From assembly GCA_963783575.1 (NCBI GenBank), contig CAWAOD010000011.1:256001-320000 (forward strand): DNA of 64,000 bases, written 5' to 3'. A program made the position numbers and the translations under genes. This DNA comes from an uncultured Spirochaetota bacterium. GTDB taxonomy: Bacteria > Spirochaetota > Brevinematia > Brevinematales > JAOACQ01. This document shows, piece after piece, positions 50,801 through 60,082 of the stretch. Under the pieces are notes generated by a model. That model worked only from the letters and a program-made list of their open reading frames with translations. It was not told the origin of the DNA and searched no databases. Positions within the stretch are counted from its first letter, which is position 1; the number at the start of each line of letters is the position of its first letter.

Positions 50801-51739
50801 CTATTCATCAAAATTAAACCTTTCCTTTTCAATCACAAGAGGCCTATTTTTAACCTGAGTATATATTGACCCAATGTATTCCCCAATAATTCCAATGAAA
50901 AAGAGCTGAACTGATGAAAAGAAAAATAAACCGATTACAAGTGGCGCTGTACCAACCTGGAATGTCTGCCAGTTTACTAGTTTATATACAAAGTAAAAGA
51001 TTGCTACAAGAAAGCTGATAAAAGCAGTGAAAAAACCCAGGAATGCTGCTAAACGAAGAGGAATTTTTGAGTTATTGACAAAACCGAGCATTGCTATATC
51101 ATAGAGTGTGTAGAAATTATTTTTAGTGTGTCCTTTCATCCGCTTTGATTGTATATAGCTTATTTCATACCTTTCAAAACCAATTTCTGCTATCATTCCC
51201 CTGAAGTATGGATAGGGATCATTCATTTTTTTGAGTGCTTCAATTACAATTCTGTCATATAATCCAAAGCCAGTAAAATTATCAATATGCTCAACTTCTC
51301 CAAATTTACGTATCATTATATAAAATAGCTTTCTAAAAGCAAATAATATAGGATTTTCTTTACTTTTATTTTTAATACCAATAACTATTTTATAGCCTTC
51401 TTCCCATTTTTTAATAAAATCCAAAATCATTTCCGGGGGATCTTGCAAATCGGCGACAATAACAATAACAGCGTCCCCTTTAGTCTGGAGTAATCCATAA
51501 TACGGAGAACGGACGTGCCCGAAATTTCTTGTGTTAACAATTATTTTTACATGTTTATCTTTTTCAGCAATCTTTTTTAATATTCCTACTGTATGATCTA
51601 TAGAGGAATTGTCGATGAACAAATGTTCATAATCATAATCTATTAAATCAAAGAAAATATCCTTAATCTTTTGATACACCATTTCGATATTTTGTTCTTC
51701 ATTGTAACAGGGTGTCATAATACTAATTAGCTTTTTCAT
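50801..51739 (-). CDS. GT2 polyprenyl-phosphate glycosyltransferase (GtrB/ArnC-like)
   Basis: PCYNEE, RNFG, ADLQDPP, two C-terminal TMs, GIIGEYIG..RP. Confidence 0.9.
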   Translation of the reverse strand: MKKLISIMTPCYNEEQNIEMVYQKIKDIFFDLIDYDYEHLFIDNSSIDHTVGILKKIAEKDKHVKIIVNTRNFGHVRSPYYGLLQTKGDAVIVIVADLQDPPEMILDFIKKWEEGYKIVIGIKNKSKENPILFAFRKLFYIMIRKFGEVEHIDNFTGFGLYDRIVIEALKKMNDPYPYFRGMIAEIGFERYEISYIQSKRMKGHTKNNFYTLYDIAMLGFVNNSKIPLRLAAFLGFFTAFISFLVAIFYFVYKLVNWQTFQVGTAPLVIGLFFFSSVQLFFIGIIGEYIGSIYTQVKNRPLVIEKERFNFDE

Positions 51740-51765
51740 TTTTTTATTACCTCCTTTAAAACTAT

Positions 51766-51900
51766 TTACTTATTCAGCAGGAATGAAATCAGAGCCATCG
51801 GTAGGAAACAGATCACTCCGCTGATAATAACATTAAACCCTGACAATATGAAAACTTTTATCAAACCGGTATTAAGAAAATCATAAATAGACGTTCTTGG
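51766..51900 (-). pseudogene. GtrA-like flippase C-terminal remnant
   Basis: FLNTGLIKVF..SGFNVIISGVIC..PMALISFLLNK resembles a GtrA C-terminus and lies directly upstream of the GtrB-like gene. Confidence 0.5.
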
Positions 51901-51919
51901 AACCGTCCATATTGTATTA

Positions 51920-53043
51920 TTATATAGCGTATAATACAGTATCGTAAATTTCATATTGATGATGTCTCAAATATAACTGATAATCAGGTCTTATTCTTAA
52001 TAACTGCAAAGGAAGTTCCCATAGATGATCTGCATTATGGTAAACCGATAAGGCTATTTTTGGCTTATCTCTTTTGATAATATTCTTAGCACCTTCTAAA
52101 ACTTCTGGTTCATAACCTTCTACATCAATCTTTATAGTTGTTACAAAGTCAGTATTTATTAAACTATCTAAGGTAATGATTTGGATTTTATTAGTCCCCT
52201 CTTTTACTATTGCAGAATCTTCTTGCCCGGATACTTCAAAATATACTTCGAGATTTTTTGATCCGGCACCTTTACATATTGTTACAATCTTATCCTTTAC
52301 TTCTTCTGGTATAATCTTTATTAAATTATTATAATTTATAGGGTCAGCTTCAATAGCATAATATTTATCAAAATTATATTTAGTGTGCTCAAAAAAGCTA
52401 AGCAATGAATCTCCATTATATGCACCAACGTCCACATATTTTTCATGAGAATCCAATTTCCAGAAATTTCCTGATGGATAATATTGATCGGATTCAACTT
52501 CGGGTAAATCTTTGGGGTCAAGAGTTATTCTAAATAGTAATAAATCAGTAAATAATTCTCTAGATTTATCATCAGTTAGCCTGACATAAACATCTTTTAT
52601 TTTCTGAATACTATTTTTCATGCTTTCAATAAAATTAAAATAAAATCTATTTGGAAATAATTCTGGAAAACATAACTTATTATGTAATGGGGTATAATGT
52701 TTATATAACCTAAACCTTTAAGTTGTTGACTGATTTCTTTGATGTATTTACTGGTTATGATAACAGGCAAATCTTTGAAATTTATGATATCATTAGGAGA
52801 TATAACAAGGATATCTTCGATAGTATACCCCCATAACTTATTGTTATTATCAGAAAACGCATTTATTTTTAGATTTAGTTTCTTGAAAATATTTAAAAAA
52901 TTCCGGCCTGTTTTTTGAGAACCAAATAATACCGCTTTGTCCAGAGATTGAATATTTTTGATATTATATTTTTTTTTAATAAACTCCTGGTGTATTTTAT
53001 TACTTTCTGGTAACTTAGCTAAAATTTCATTCAATAATTCCAT
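51920..53043 (-). pseudogene. FkbM family methyltransferase, split by a frameshift near 52667-52670
   Basis: C-part has DVGAYNGD, EAD, KIDVEG.E, SVYH. One extra T joins the frames as SYVFPELFPNRFYFNFIESMK. Confidence 0.75.
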
Positions 53044-53055
53044 AAATCCACCATA

Positions 53056-54639
53056 TTATATTTGTTGTTCAATCATTAATTTTGTTTCATTTGATATACA
53101 TTCTAAGGAAGTATATTTAGGATTAAATCCGTATTTTCCAGCTAATTTGTTGATTGAATAATAATTATCTTTTATTCCCGAGTTATTATTGATTTTCATA
53201 ATATTATCAATCGAATAAATTAAACTATAATTTTTTATAAAAAAATCAATGATTTCAAATTTTGTAATCGTTTTCATACTATACAAATCTAAAGCAATAT
53301 TAATATTTTTACTTTCAATTAACTTATCCACCATAAAAAAAAGGTCTTCAGGATGAACATAATCTCGAATGACATCATAGTTATTGGTCTTGAATTCTCT
53401 ATGATTCATAACGCAATCAATTATATCTGTCACTAAATAACCGGCGCCCAATTCAATAAAACGGCTGAAATATGAATAAATTCTTAAATCTACAATAGAT
53501 AGTTCCGGATAAGCTCGATGCTTTGCCTCAGCATTGATCTTGGCCAGGGAATAAAAATCTTTCTCATCGATATGATTTATATCAAGTTGTATTTTTGTCA
53601 ATTCGTTTACGGGATTTTTAAAATCCTTTCCAAAAACAGCACCGCTGCTAAAATTAATATATTTTGTTTCTCTATTTTTTTCGATATAATCAAGTATAAG
53701 ATTATCATAAGATTCAGTTAAGCGAAATATGTCTTTTAATATATTCCTTGATTTGTTTGGTGTTCCGATCCCAATACAATTAATTATAGTTTGATAATTA
53801 TCGTTATTGAGTTCATCAAAGTTTTTCTGTTCATAATTGATTTTCAGAGGAAGTGTTTTAATAAATTTTCTTACTTTTTGTGAATCTCTCGCATATAAAT
53901 GTAAGTTGTATTTTTTTGTTAAATCCAAAAAATAAATCAGACTTTTCGCAATATGCGAAGTAGCGCCAAAAATAGCTATTTTAGGTTTTACTGCCATATT
54001 TTCGATCTTTTTCAATTCCGGAATTGAACTTATATTCAAATCTGCGTTAGATTTAAGTAATTCTTCTCTTTTATCGTATCCAAATAAAACAGCAATAGTT
54101 CTCAAGCCATTTTCTTTACCTGCAATTATATCCGAAACAGAATCCCCAACCATTACAGCTTGTTTAGGATCAATTTTATATCTTTCAATCAATATTGAAA
54201 TCATTTCTTTTTTAGTAAAATTTCCAATATTTTTATCATCTGTATTAATAATATCTGTAAAATAACCCCGGACTTCCAACTTATCTAAAATCCGAAGCGT
54301 AGGTTCTTTTCTCTTACTGGTTGCTATATACAATTTACAATCGTTATTTGTTAAATACTTTAAAATATCCAAAACTCCCGGATATAAAGTTGTTTCCGGG
54401 TAATCTATATTATCGTAGACCTTTTTAAAAATAGACGAAATGTTCTTAATAATGTCATCATTAAAATGAGGTGAAAGATTTTTAATCATCTCTATAAGAG
54501 GAGGGCCTACTTTAATAAAATTAAGCCCTTCCGGTTCAGTTAATCCGGCTTCTCTATAAGCTTTACTTATACAATCTATAATATCTTTTTCTGAGTCAAT
54601 AATAGTTCCATCCAGATCAAAAATATAATGTTTTAACAT
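53056..54639 (-). CDS. HAD phosphatase fused to an NAD-dependent epimerase/dehydratase (SDR)
   Basis: FDLDGT, ATSK, MVGD.VSD; then IFGATSHIA, FSSGAV, YSLAK, RDYVHP. Confidence 0.85.
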   Translation of the reverse strand: MLKHYIFDLDGTIIDSEKDIIDCISKAYREAGLTEPEGLNFIKVGPPLIEMIKNLSPHFNDDIIKNISSIFKKVYDNIDYPETTLYPGVLDILKYLTNNDCKLYIATSKRKEPTLRILDKLEVRGYFTDIINTDDKNIGNFTKKEMISILIERYKIDPKQAVMVGDSVSDIIAGKENGLRTIAVLFGYDKREELLKSNADLNISSIPELKKIENMAVKPKIAIFGATSHIAKSLIYFLDLTKKYNLHLYARDSQKVRKFIKTLPLKINYEQKNFDELNNDNYQTIINCIGIGTPNKSRNILKDIFRLTESYDNLILDYIEKNRETKYINFSSGAVFGKDFKNPVNELTKIQLDINHIDEKDFYSLAKINAEAKHRAYPELSIVDLRIYSYFSRFIELGAGYLVTDIIDCVMNHREFKTNNYDVIRDYVHPEDLFFMVDKLIESKNINIALDLYSMKTITKFEIIDFFIKNYSLIYSIDNIMKINNNSGIKDNYYSINKLAGKYGFNPKYTSLECISNETKLMIEQQI

Positions 54640-54680
54640 TTATACTATATACTCCCATTAATGTGATTTTAAATTAAATA

Positions 54681-55844
54681 CTATAATAATATTATGTCTG
54701 CTTTATAATTATATTTGTTCAATAGAAAATTCTTAATTTCATCACCATAAACTATACTGGAAATAAAGACTTTACAATCTTGGTTCTTTAAATAATCCGG
54801 ACTTTCTATTCTTTTATTTAACAATGATTTTCCTTTATTAGATTTATCTCTATCAACAAAACATCTTATATTAGCATTTTTAAGATTTGTATCCGCTAAT
54901 AATCTTGATGTCAGCGAACCTACTCCATAAACAATTATCTCATCTTTTTCTATTATTAATTTATCGATTATCTCACTTATTTTTTCTATTTGAGTTTTCG
55001 ATGATTTTATGTATTTCTTTATTTTAGATATCCCCACTTTATCTTTACAGTAAAAAGATTGTAACTTCTTCCCTTTTTTACAAATAATCAAAAGCTCATT
55101 TGTTTTGTAAAAATCAGTATAATAACTTTCATAATCAACAACTTTTAGTTTATATTTTAAAAACAAGTTTTTTATCACACGTATATTAAAAAAATTTATA
55201 TGTTCAATTGAAAATTCATGGAAAGGTTCTCTGGGCTGTAAATTAAAATTGTCTGTATCAGGAACTGCGAAATACATTAAGCCATCATCTTTCAATAAGT
55301 TTATTACCGACGGCAATAAAAAACCTATGTTATTTATATGTTCGAGAACTCCGGACATAATTATTAAATCAAATTTTTCATTTGTTTTAAAATCGCTTAT
55401 ATTAGAATTATCTACCTTAATTTTATGCTTTGCGAAAGCAATTTCAGAACAATCCTTAGAGGGATCAATTCCTAATAACTCGTTATATCCATTTACTTTA
55501 AATTCGTTCAATAAATCACCTGTTGAACATCCGATATCCAATATTTTTATATTGTTTAATTTTTGATTTTCTTTAAGATATTCACTTACAAAGTTAAAAC
55601 TTTTATTGTGAATTTTTCTCAAACCCTCAGGAATATTACCATTATCATATAGATATTTTTTATTTTCAAAATAATATTTATTGTAATCCTCTTGTGATAT
55701 GATATTATCAGCATATACAAAACCGCATTGTTTACAATTCACAATATTGTGTTTAATAATATCCTCAGCTTGAGGAATAAAATATTTTTGTTCCCACAAT
55801 AATTCTTTTTGTTCACTATCACATATTTCACATTTTCTTAACAT
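54681..55844 (-). CDS. Class I SAM-dependent methyltransferase with Zn-binding CxxC pairs
   Basis: CEIC, CKQC, LDIGCSTG, VLEH, EHINFF. Confidence 0.85.
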   Translation of the reverse strand: MLRKCEICDSEQKELLWEQKYFIPQAEDIIKHNIVNCKQCGFVYADNIISQEDYNKYYFENKKYLYDNGNIPEGLRKIHNKSFNFVSEYLKENQKLNNIKILDIGCSTGDLLNEFKVNGYNELLGIDPSKDCSEIAFAKHKIKVDNSNISDFKTNEKFDLIIMSGVLEHINNIGFLLPSVINLLKDDGLMYFAVPDTDNFNLQPREPFHEFSIEHINFFNIRVIKNLFLKYKLKVVDYESYYTDFYKTNELLIICKKGKKLQSFYCKDKVGISKIKKYIKSSKTQIEKISEIIDKLIIEKDEIIVYGVGSLTSRLLADTNLKNANIRCFVDRDKSNKGKSLLNKRIESPDYLKNQDCKVFISSIVYGDEIKNFLLNKYNYKADIILL

Positions 55845-55862
55845 TATTTCTATGCTCCCAAA

Positions 55863-57662
55863 CTACTTCGTTTCTTCCAATACAGGAATAATCATGTTAT
55901 TTTTAAATTCTTCTCTATCTAAAAACGGCAATAAATCCTCCAACGGTTTTGAAACCATAGATCCATCTTTCTTAACCAGTGACGAAACTTTTGGAGCAAC
56001 TTGTTCATTTGGGTTAATCATCACTTCACAAATAACCGGGCCATCCGTTAAAAGAACTTTCTTAACTGTTTCTTTTAATTCATGATTCTTTGATATTTTA
56101 AAAGTTGTTACACCGTATGCGTTAGCAACACGGATAATACCAGGGAGTGTTAAACCGCTTGATGGATCTGAAGCCACCAAGTTGCCATTAAAATAATTCT
56201 TTTGAGTAGTTTTAATCGAGCCGTAACCGTCATTATTAAGGATAAAAAATTTTATCGGTAATTTTAACCTGGCTATAGTTTCCAAATCCTGAATATTTAA
56301 TTGAAAACCGCCATCTCCATTTGTACAAATCGTTTTTCTTTTATTACTGGCTAGGCAAGCACCTATTGTAGAAGGTAAGCCAAAACCCATAGCCCCTAAA
56401 CTGGGCGAATTTAAAACACGTTGCCCGGCTTTTATTCTAAAAGCTTGTAATGGGATATCGCTACAAGCACCTGAACTTCCGGGTACAAAAATATCAAATT
56501 CCGCCATTTCTTCAGATAAAACATCCACTAAAGCATAGGTGCTTACAAACTCTGTTTGGTTCCAATGTTCCTTTGTAATCACCGGATATTTATTGACCCA
56601 ATTTTTACATTTCGACAGCCATTCGGAACGATCCTTTCTTTCAACTGATAAAATCTTTTTTAACAATTCATTTATGAAATATCCTGCATCGGAACAAATC
56701 GGAATATCAATCTTAAACTTAAATTTACTAAGCTCCGCTTGATCAATATCAACAATAATTTTTTTAGCTTCTCTGGCAAAATTTTCATGAGAATATCCGA
56801 TTTGGCCAAAATCCAGTCTTGCTCCTATAGAAATTATCATATCGGCGTTTTGCTGTATAAAATTAGCGCCCCTTTGTCCGACTGAACCTGGCCGTCCAAA
56901 AAATAAGTCATGGTTTTCCGGCAATATATCAATAGCTTTCCATGTCGTTAAAACTGGGAATTTAAGCTTTTCAATAAGATCCAAAAAATTATTTTTTGAA
57001 TTAGCCAATTTTATACCGTATCCTGCAAGTATGACAGGCCTATGAGAGCGATTTAACAAATTAATAACATTAGAAATTTGGTTATCTGAATTATCAGCCG
57101 AAAGTTCTATTAAATCGAATGATTTCAATTGAGTTTCCTCGATCATACTGGCTTGAATATCGAGTGGTATATCAATCCATACCGGACCCGGTCTTCCATT
57201 TTTAGCAATATAAAAAGCTTTTTCTAAATGATATTTTATTTCTAGCGGATTAGTAACCGCAACTGCATACTTGGTAATTGGTTTAACGACTGAAACAATA
57301 TCAATCTCTTGAAACCCCAGCATTCTGATTCCTGATTTACCTGACATATCAGAAGTTTTTACCTGACCGGATATTATCAGTAAGGGAATCGAATCTGCCC
57401 AAGCTGCTGCTACGCCGGTAATAGCATTGGTTCCACCAGGCCCGGTTGTTACGAGTGCAATTCCTATGTTGTTATTGTATTGGGCATAGGCACCGGCGGC
57501 TATAGAAGCGGTTTGTTCATGTAAACAGCATATATAGTCCAATTCCTTATTTCTACCAAGTGAATCTATTAAATGCATGCATCCACCGCCTGAAAGTGTA
57601 AACACATGCTTTACTTTCTGTTTTACTAAAAACTTCATAACGTAATCTGATAACTTTGTCAT
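55863..57662 (-). CDS. Thiamine-diphosphate enzyme, acetolactate-synthase-like (YerE-type carboligase candidate)
   Basis: HEQ, TTGPGGTN, GAMGFGLP, GDGG...NNDGYGSI. Confidence 0.88.
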   Translation of the reverse strand: MTKLSDYVMKFLVKQKVKHVFTLSGGGCMHLIDSLGRNKELDYICCLHEQTASIAAGAYAQYNNNIGIALVTTGPGGTNAITGVAAAWADSIPLLIISGQVKTSDMSGKSGIRMLGFQEIDIVSVVKPITKYAVAVTNPLEIKYHLEKAFYIAKNGRPGPVWIDIPLDIQASMIEETQLKSFDLIELSADNSDNQISNVINLLNRSHRPVILAGYGIKLANSKNNFLDLIEKLKFPVLTTWKAIDILPENHDLFFGRPGSVGQRGANFIQQNADMIISIGARLDFGQIGYSHENFAREAKKIIVDIDQAELSKFKFKIDIPICSDAGYFINELLKKILSVERKDRSEWLSKCKNWVNKYPVITKEHWNQTEFVSTYALVDVLSEEMAEFDIFVPGSSGACSDIPLQAFRIKAGQRVLNSPSLGAMGFGLPSTIGACLASNKRKTICTNGDGGFQLNIQDLETIARLKLPIKFFILNNDGYGSIKTTQKNYFNGNLVASDPSSGLTLPGIIRVANAYGVTTFKISKNHELKETVKKVLLTDGPVICEVMINPNEQVAPKVSSLVKKDGSMVSKPLEDLLPFLDREEFKNNMIIPVLEETK

Positions 57663-57687
57663 ATCATCCCCAAAAAAATAATAATTT

Positions 57688-59211
57688 TTACTTAGAGTTA
57701 TTCCAATCTGGCCAGTATGTCAATTCGGTTTTTCGATTTAAGTTATTGGATACTTCCTCTTCATAATAAGAATCTCCTTTTACATAGGTTGTCGAAATCT
57801 CTTCAAATATAACACCAGTGGTTGATGTAAAAGAATGCTCCATTTCCCTTTCAATTGAAAGAATATCTCCAGCTTTAAGCGATTTTACTTCACCTTTTAT
57901 AGTAACTAACAATTCTCCATATAATATATGTAAAGTTTCTTCCTTCATTTTATGCTTATGGTTGGGGTATTTCTGATTAGGAAAAAGTACAATTAACATC
58001 TTACAATATTCGCGGTTTATAATATTTATTAAAACAGCGCCCCACTCATAAAATTTATCAAAGCCATAATGATACGATATCATTACGTCAACCTGGTTGG
58101 GAATCATTATTTTAGCTTTATTCAACATCTTCTGAACATTTTTTGTGATTTTTGCTATTTCACTTCTTAAAAGAACAAAAGACACGTCATCCCATAAAAT
58201 TGCTCCATTTTTTTCTATATCTTTTTTAAGGGTCAATTCGAGATATTTTGAAAATTCATTCGCGACAATTTGTTTTTCAATGTTTGGCATAGCAAAGAAT
58301 ATATCTTCTTGTGATAATTTTTCACCCGCTTTCATAGATCGTTTCAGATACATGCCTCTATGGAGATCTCTTAAGTCTTGTTTTTCTTTATTACTGCATT
58401 CATATCTTTTATCTTTAATTCCGCACATTTCATAAGCAGACAGTGCTGAATTCAGCCATTTTTTATATTGTTCCGGAGTTGCGGAATAAGCATTCAAATC
58501 ATACTTATCCGTTTTTAAACCTATATGCTTCTCAAACATAGCAGAACCTTTTGCGACTGCTATTTTTATAGAATCCAGATTGTCCGGTGATTCATGGGTT
58601 GAAAATCCGATAGGAACTCCTTCATAACGTTTCTTTAAAAAATCAATCTGGTTTAATTGTAAATGAGCATTGCTTGTAGGATATTCACCTACACAATGCA
58701 TTAATGCAAAATGCTTCTTTCTATGCTGAAAAAATGATACTACCTTATCAATTTCTTCAAGTTTTGCTCCTGCTGTAGAAGCTATAATCGGCATACCGGT
58801 CTGAACTACTTTCTCCAATAAAGGCCAATCATTAAAATAGCAGCTTGGAATTTTTATGATATCATATTGATTCTTTTCTATCGACGCTACCGATTTTTCA
58901 TCAAAAGGCGTGCACATGGTAATAAAACCAAGCTTTTCAGCTTCATCTTTAAGTATTTTATACTGATTGTCAGTTAACATTGTTTCGGTAAATCTTTTAA
59001 TAAGTTTTATATCTTTACTATTAACAAAATCAGGATGTACAAATGTATCAATATACCTATATTGAAATTTTATTGAAAACTGAAATGAAAAATTTTTGGT
59101 TACCTCGTGAAAGGAGCGAATTATATTCAGCCCATGCTCAACATCTCCTTGATGATTATTTGCCATTTCCAAAATAAATAAATTATCAAAAGTAATATTT
59201 TTTTTCAACAT
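57688..59211 (-). CDS. NeuB-family synthase with a SAF domain and C-terminal cupin
   Basis: EMANNHQG, KFQ, TPFD, HCV..YP, GFSTH, EKH; cupin motif H.H..KEET...H.F. Confidence 0.85.
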   Translation of the reverse strand: MLKKNITFDNLFILEMANNHQGDVEHGLNIIRSFHEVTKNFSFQFSIKFQYRYIDTFVHPDFVNSKDIKLIKRFTETMLTDNQYKILKDEAEKLGFITMCTPFDEKSVASIEKNQYDIIKIPSCYFNDWPLLEKVVQTGMPIIASTAGAKLEEIDKVVSFFQHRKKHFALMHCVGEYPTSNAHLQLNQIDFLKKRYEGVPIGFSTHESPDNLDSIKIAVAKGSAMFEKHIGLKTDKYDLNAYSATPEQYKKWLNSALSAYEMCGIKDKRYECSNKEKQDLRDLHRGMYLKRSMKAGEKLSQEDIFFAMPNIEKQIVANEFSKYLELTLKKDIEKNGAILWDDVSFVLLRSEIAKITKNVQKMLNKAKIMIPNQVDVMISYHYGFDKFYEWGAVLINIINREYCKMLIVLFPNQKYPNHKHKMKEETLHILYGELLVTIKGEVKSLKAGDILSIEREMEHSFTSTTGVIFEEISTTYVKGDSYYEEEVSNNLNRKTELTYWPDWNNSK

Positions 59212-59262
59212 AGAATACTCCTTAATTTAAATAAAATTTATTTATTAATAAAAATTTAACAA

Positions 59263-59369
59263 GCGGGCCGCTTGACCCGGTTTAATTCCTCAAAGGTTGC
59301 TTCGATTCCTATAGTGTATCAGCGTAATACCCCGCTGCTTGCTGCGGGGTAGTTTATTAAACGGCCCAC
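59263..59369. mobile_element. ~107-bp miniature element or IS200/IS605-like end remnant
   Basis: Imperfect terminal IR GCGGGCCGCTTGA/TTAAACGGCCCAC and internal hairpin TACCCCGC-TGCTTGCT-GCGGGGTA. Confidence 0.45.
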
Positions 59370-59375
59370 TATTAG

Positions 59376-60065
59376 TCATTCCCAGTCATCTGTCCTTATA
59401 AATTCCGGATTAACACCTTTCTCAGCCAGATAATTTTTGAAATTTTTAATCATAACCGGAGGGCCGGAAATGAAATAGGTGGAATCCGGGACGTTTTCTT
59501 CAAAGATCTTTTTTATATCAAGCATACCTTCGTTATCCTGATAAATAATTTTTGTTATCAGTGAATTATTGATAGATTTTGCTTTATCGATTTCAGATGT
59601 ATAAATATTGTGGTTTTTATCTCTAACACCGAGGTATAATTTTGGATTAATATAAAAACTGAAATTGTTGCTTGTAAATAGTGAGAGAAAAGGAGTTATT
59701 CCTGTGCCGCCGGCGATAAAAACAGTGTTTTCTTTTGAGTGGGATTTTATAAAAAGTTCGCCGTAAGGTAATTTTAAATAAAGATGTTTTCCAGGCTGAA
59801 GTTCCCTGGACATTCTTCCGGTAAACCGGCCTTTAACCGAGTAAGTGATTTTTAAAAAAATTTCCTCGCAGCATGTCTGCATGGAAAAGCATCGGGATTC
59901 CGGCCAAGGATCGGAAGGGTTGTAATCATCGAGGGCCAGATGAAGGAATTGCCCCGGAAGATATTTATAAGGTTTATCAAGGCTTTTAAAAGACACCACA
60001 TAAATATCGTTAACAGGGCTTTCAATTTTATGAACTTCGGATTTGTATTTCTTAACAATCGCCAT
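59376..60065 (-). CDS. FAD/NAD(P)H ferredoxin-reductase-type oxidoreductase (E3/AscD-like partner without a 2Fe-2S domain)
   Basis: PGQF, RCFS, PYG, AGGTGITPF, SGPP.M. Confidence 0.8.
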   Translation of the reverse strand: MAIVKKYKSEVHKIESPVNDIYVVSFKSLDKPYKYLPGQFLHLALDDYNPSDPWPESRCFSMQTCCEEIFLKITYSVKGRFTGRMSRELQPGKHLYLKLPYGELFIKSHSKENTVFIAGGTGITPFLSLFTSNNFSFYINPKLYLGVRDKNHNIYTSEIDKAKSINNSLITKIIYQDNEGMLDIKKIFEENVPDSTYFISGPPVMIKNFKNYLAEKGVNPEFIRTDDWE

Positions 60066-60082
60066 TTACCGATCCCTGACTT

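Noticed and set aside
55863..57662. Housekeeping acetolactate synthase (ilvB)
   Set aside because: No ilvN/ilvC nearby and it is embedded in a nucleotide-sugar cluster, so a YerE-like role is more plausible.
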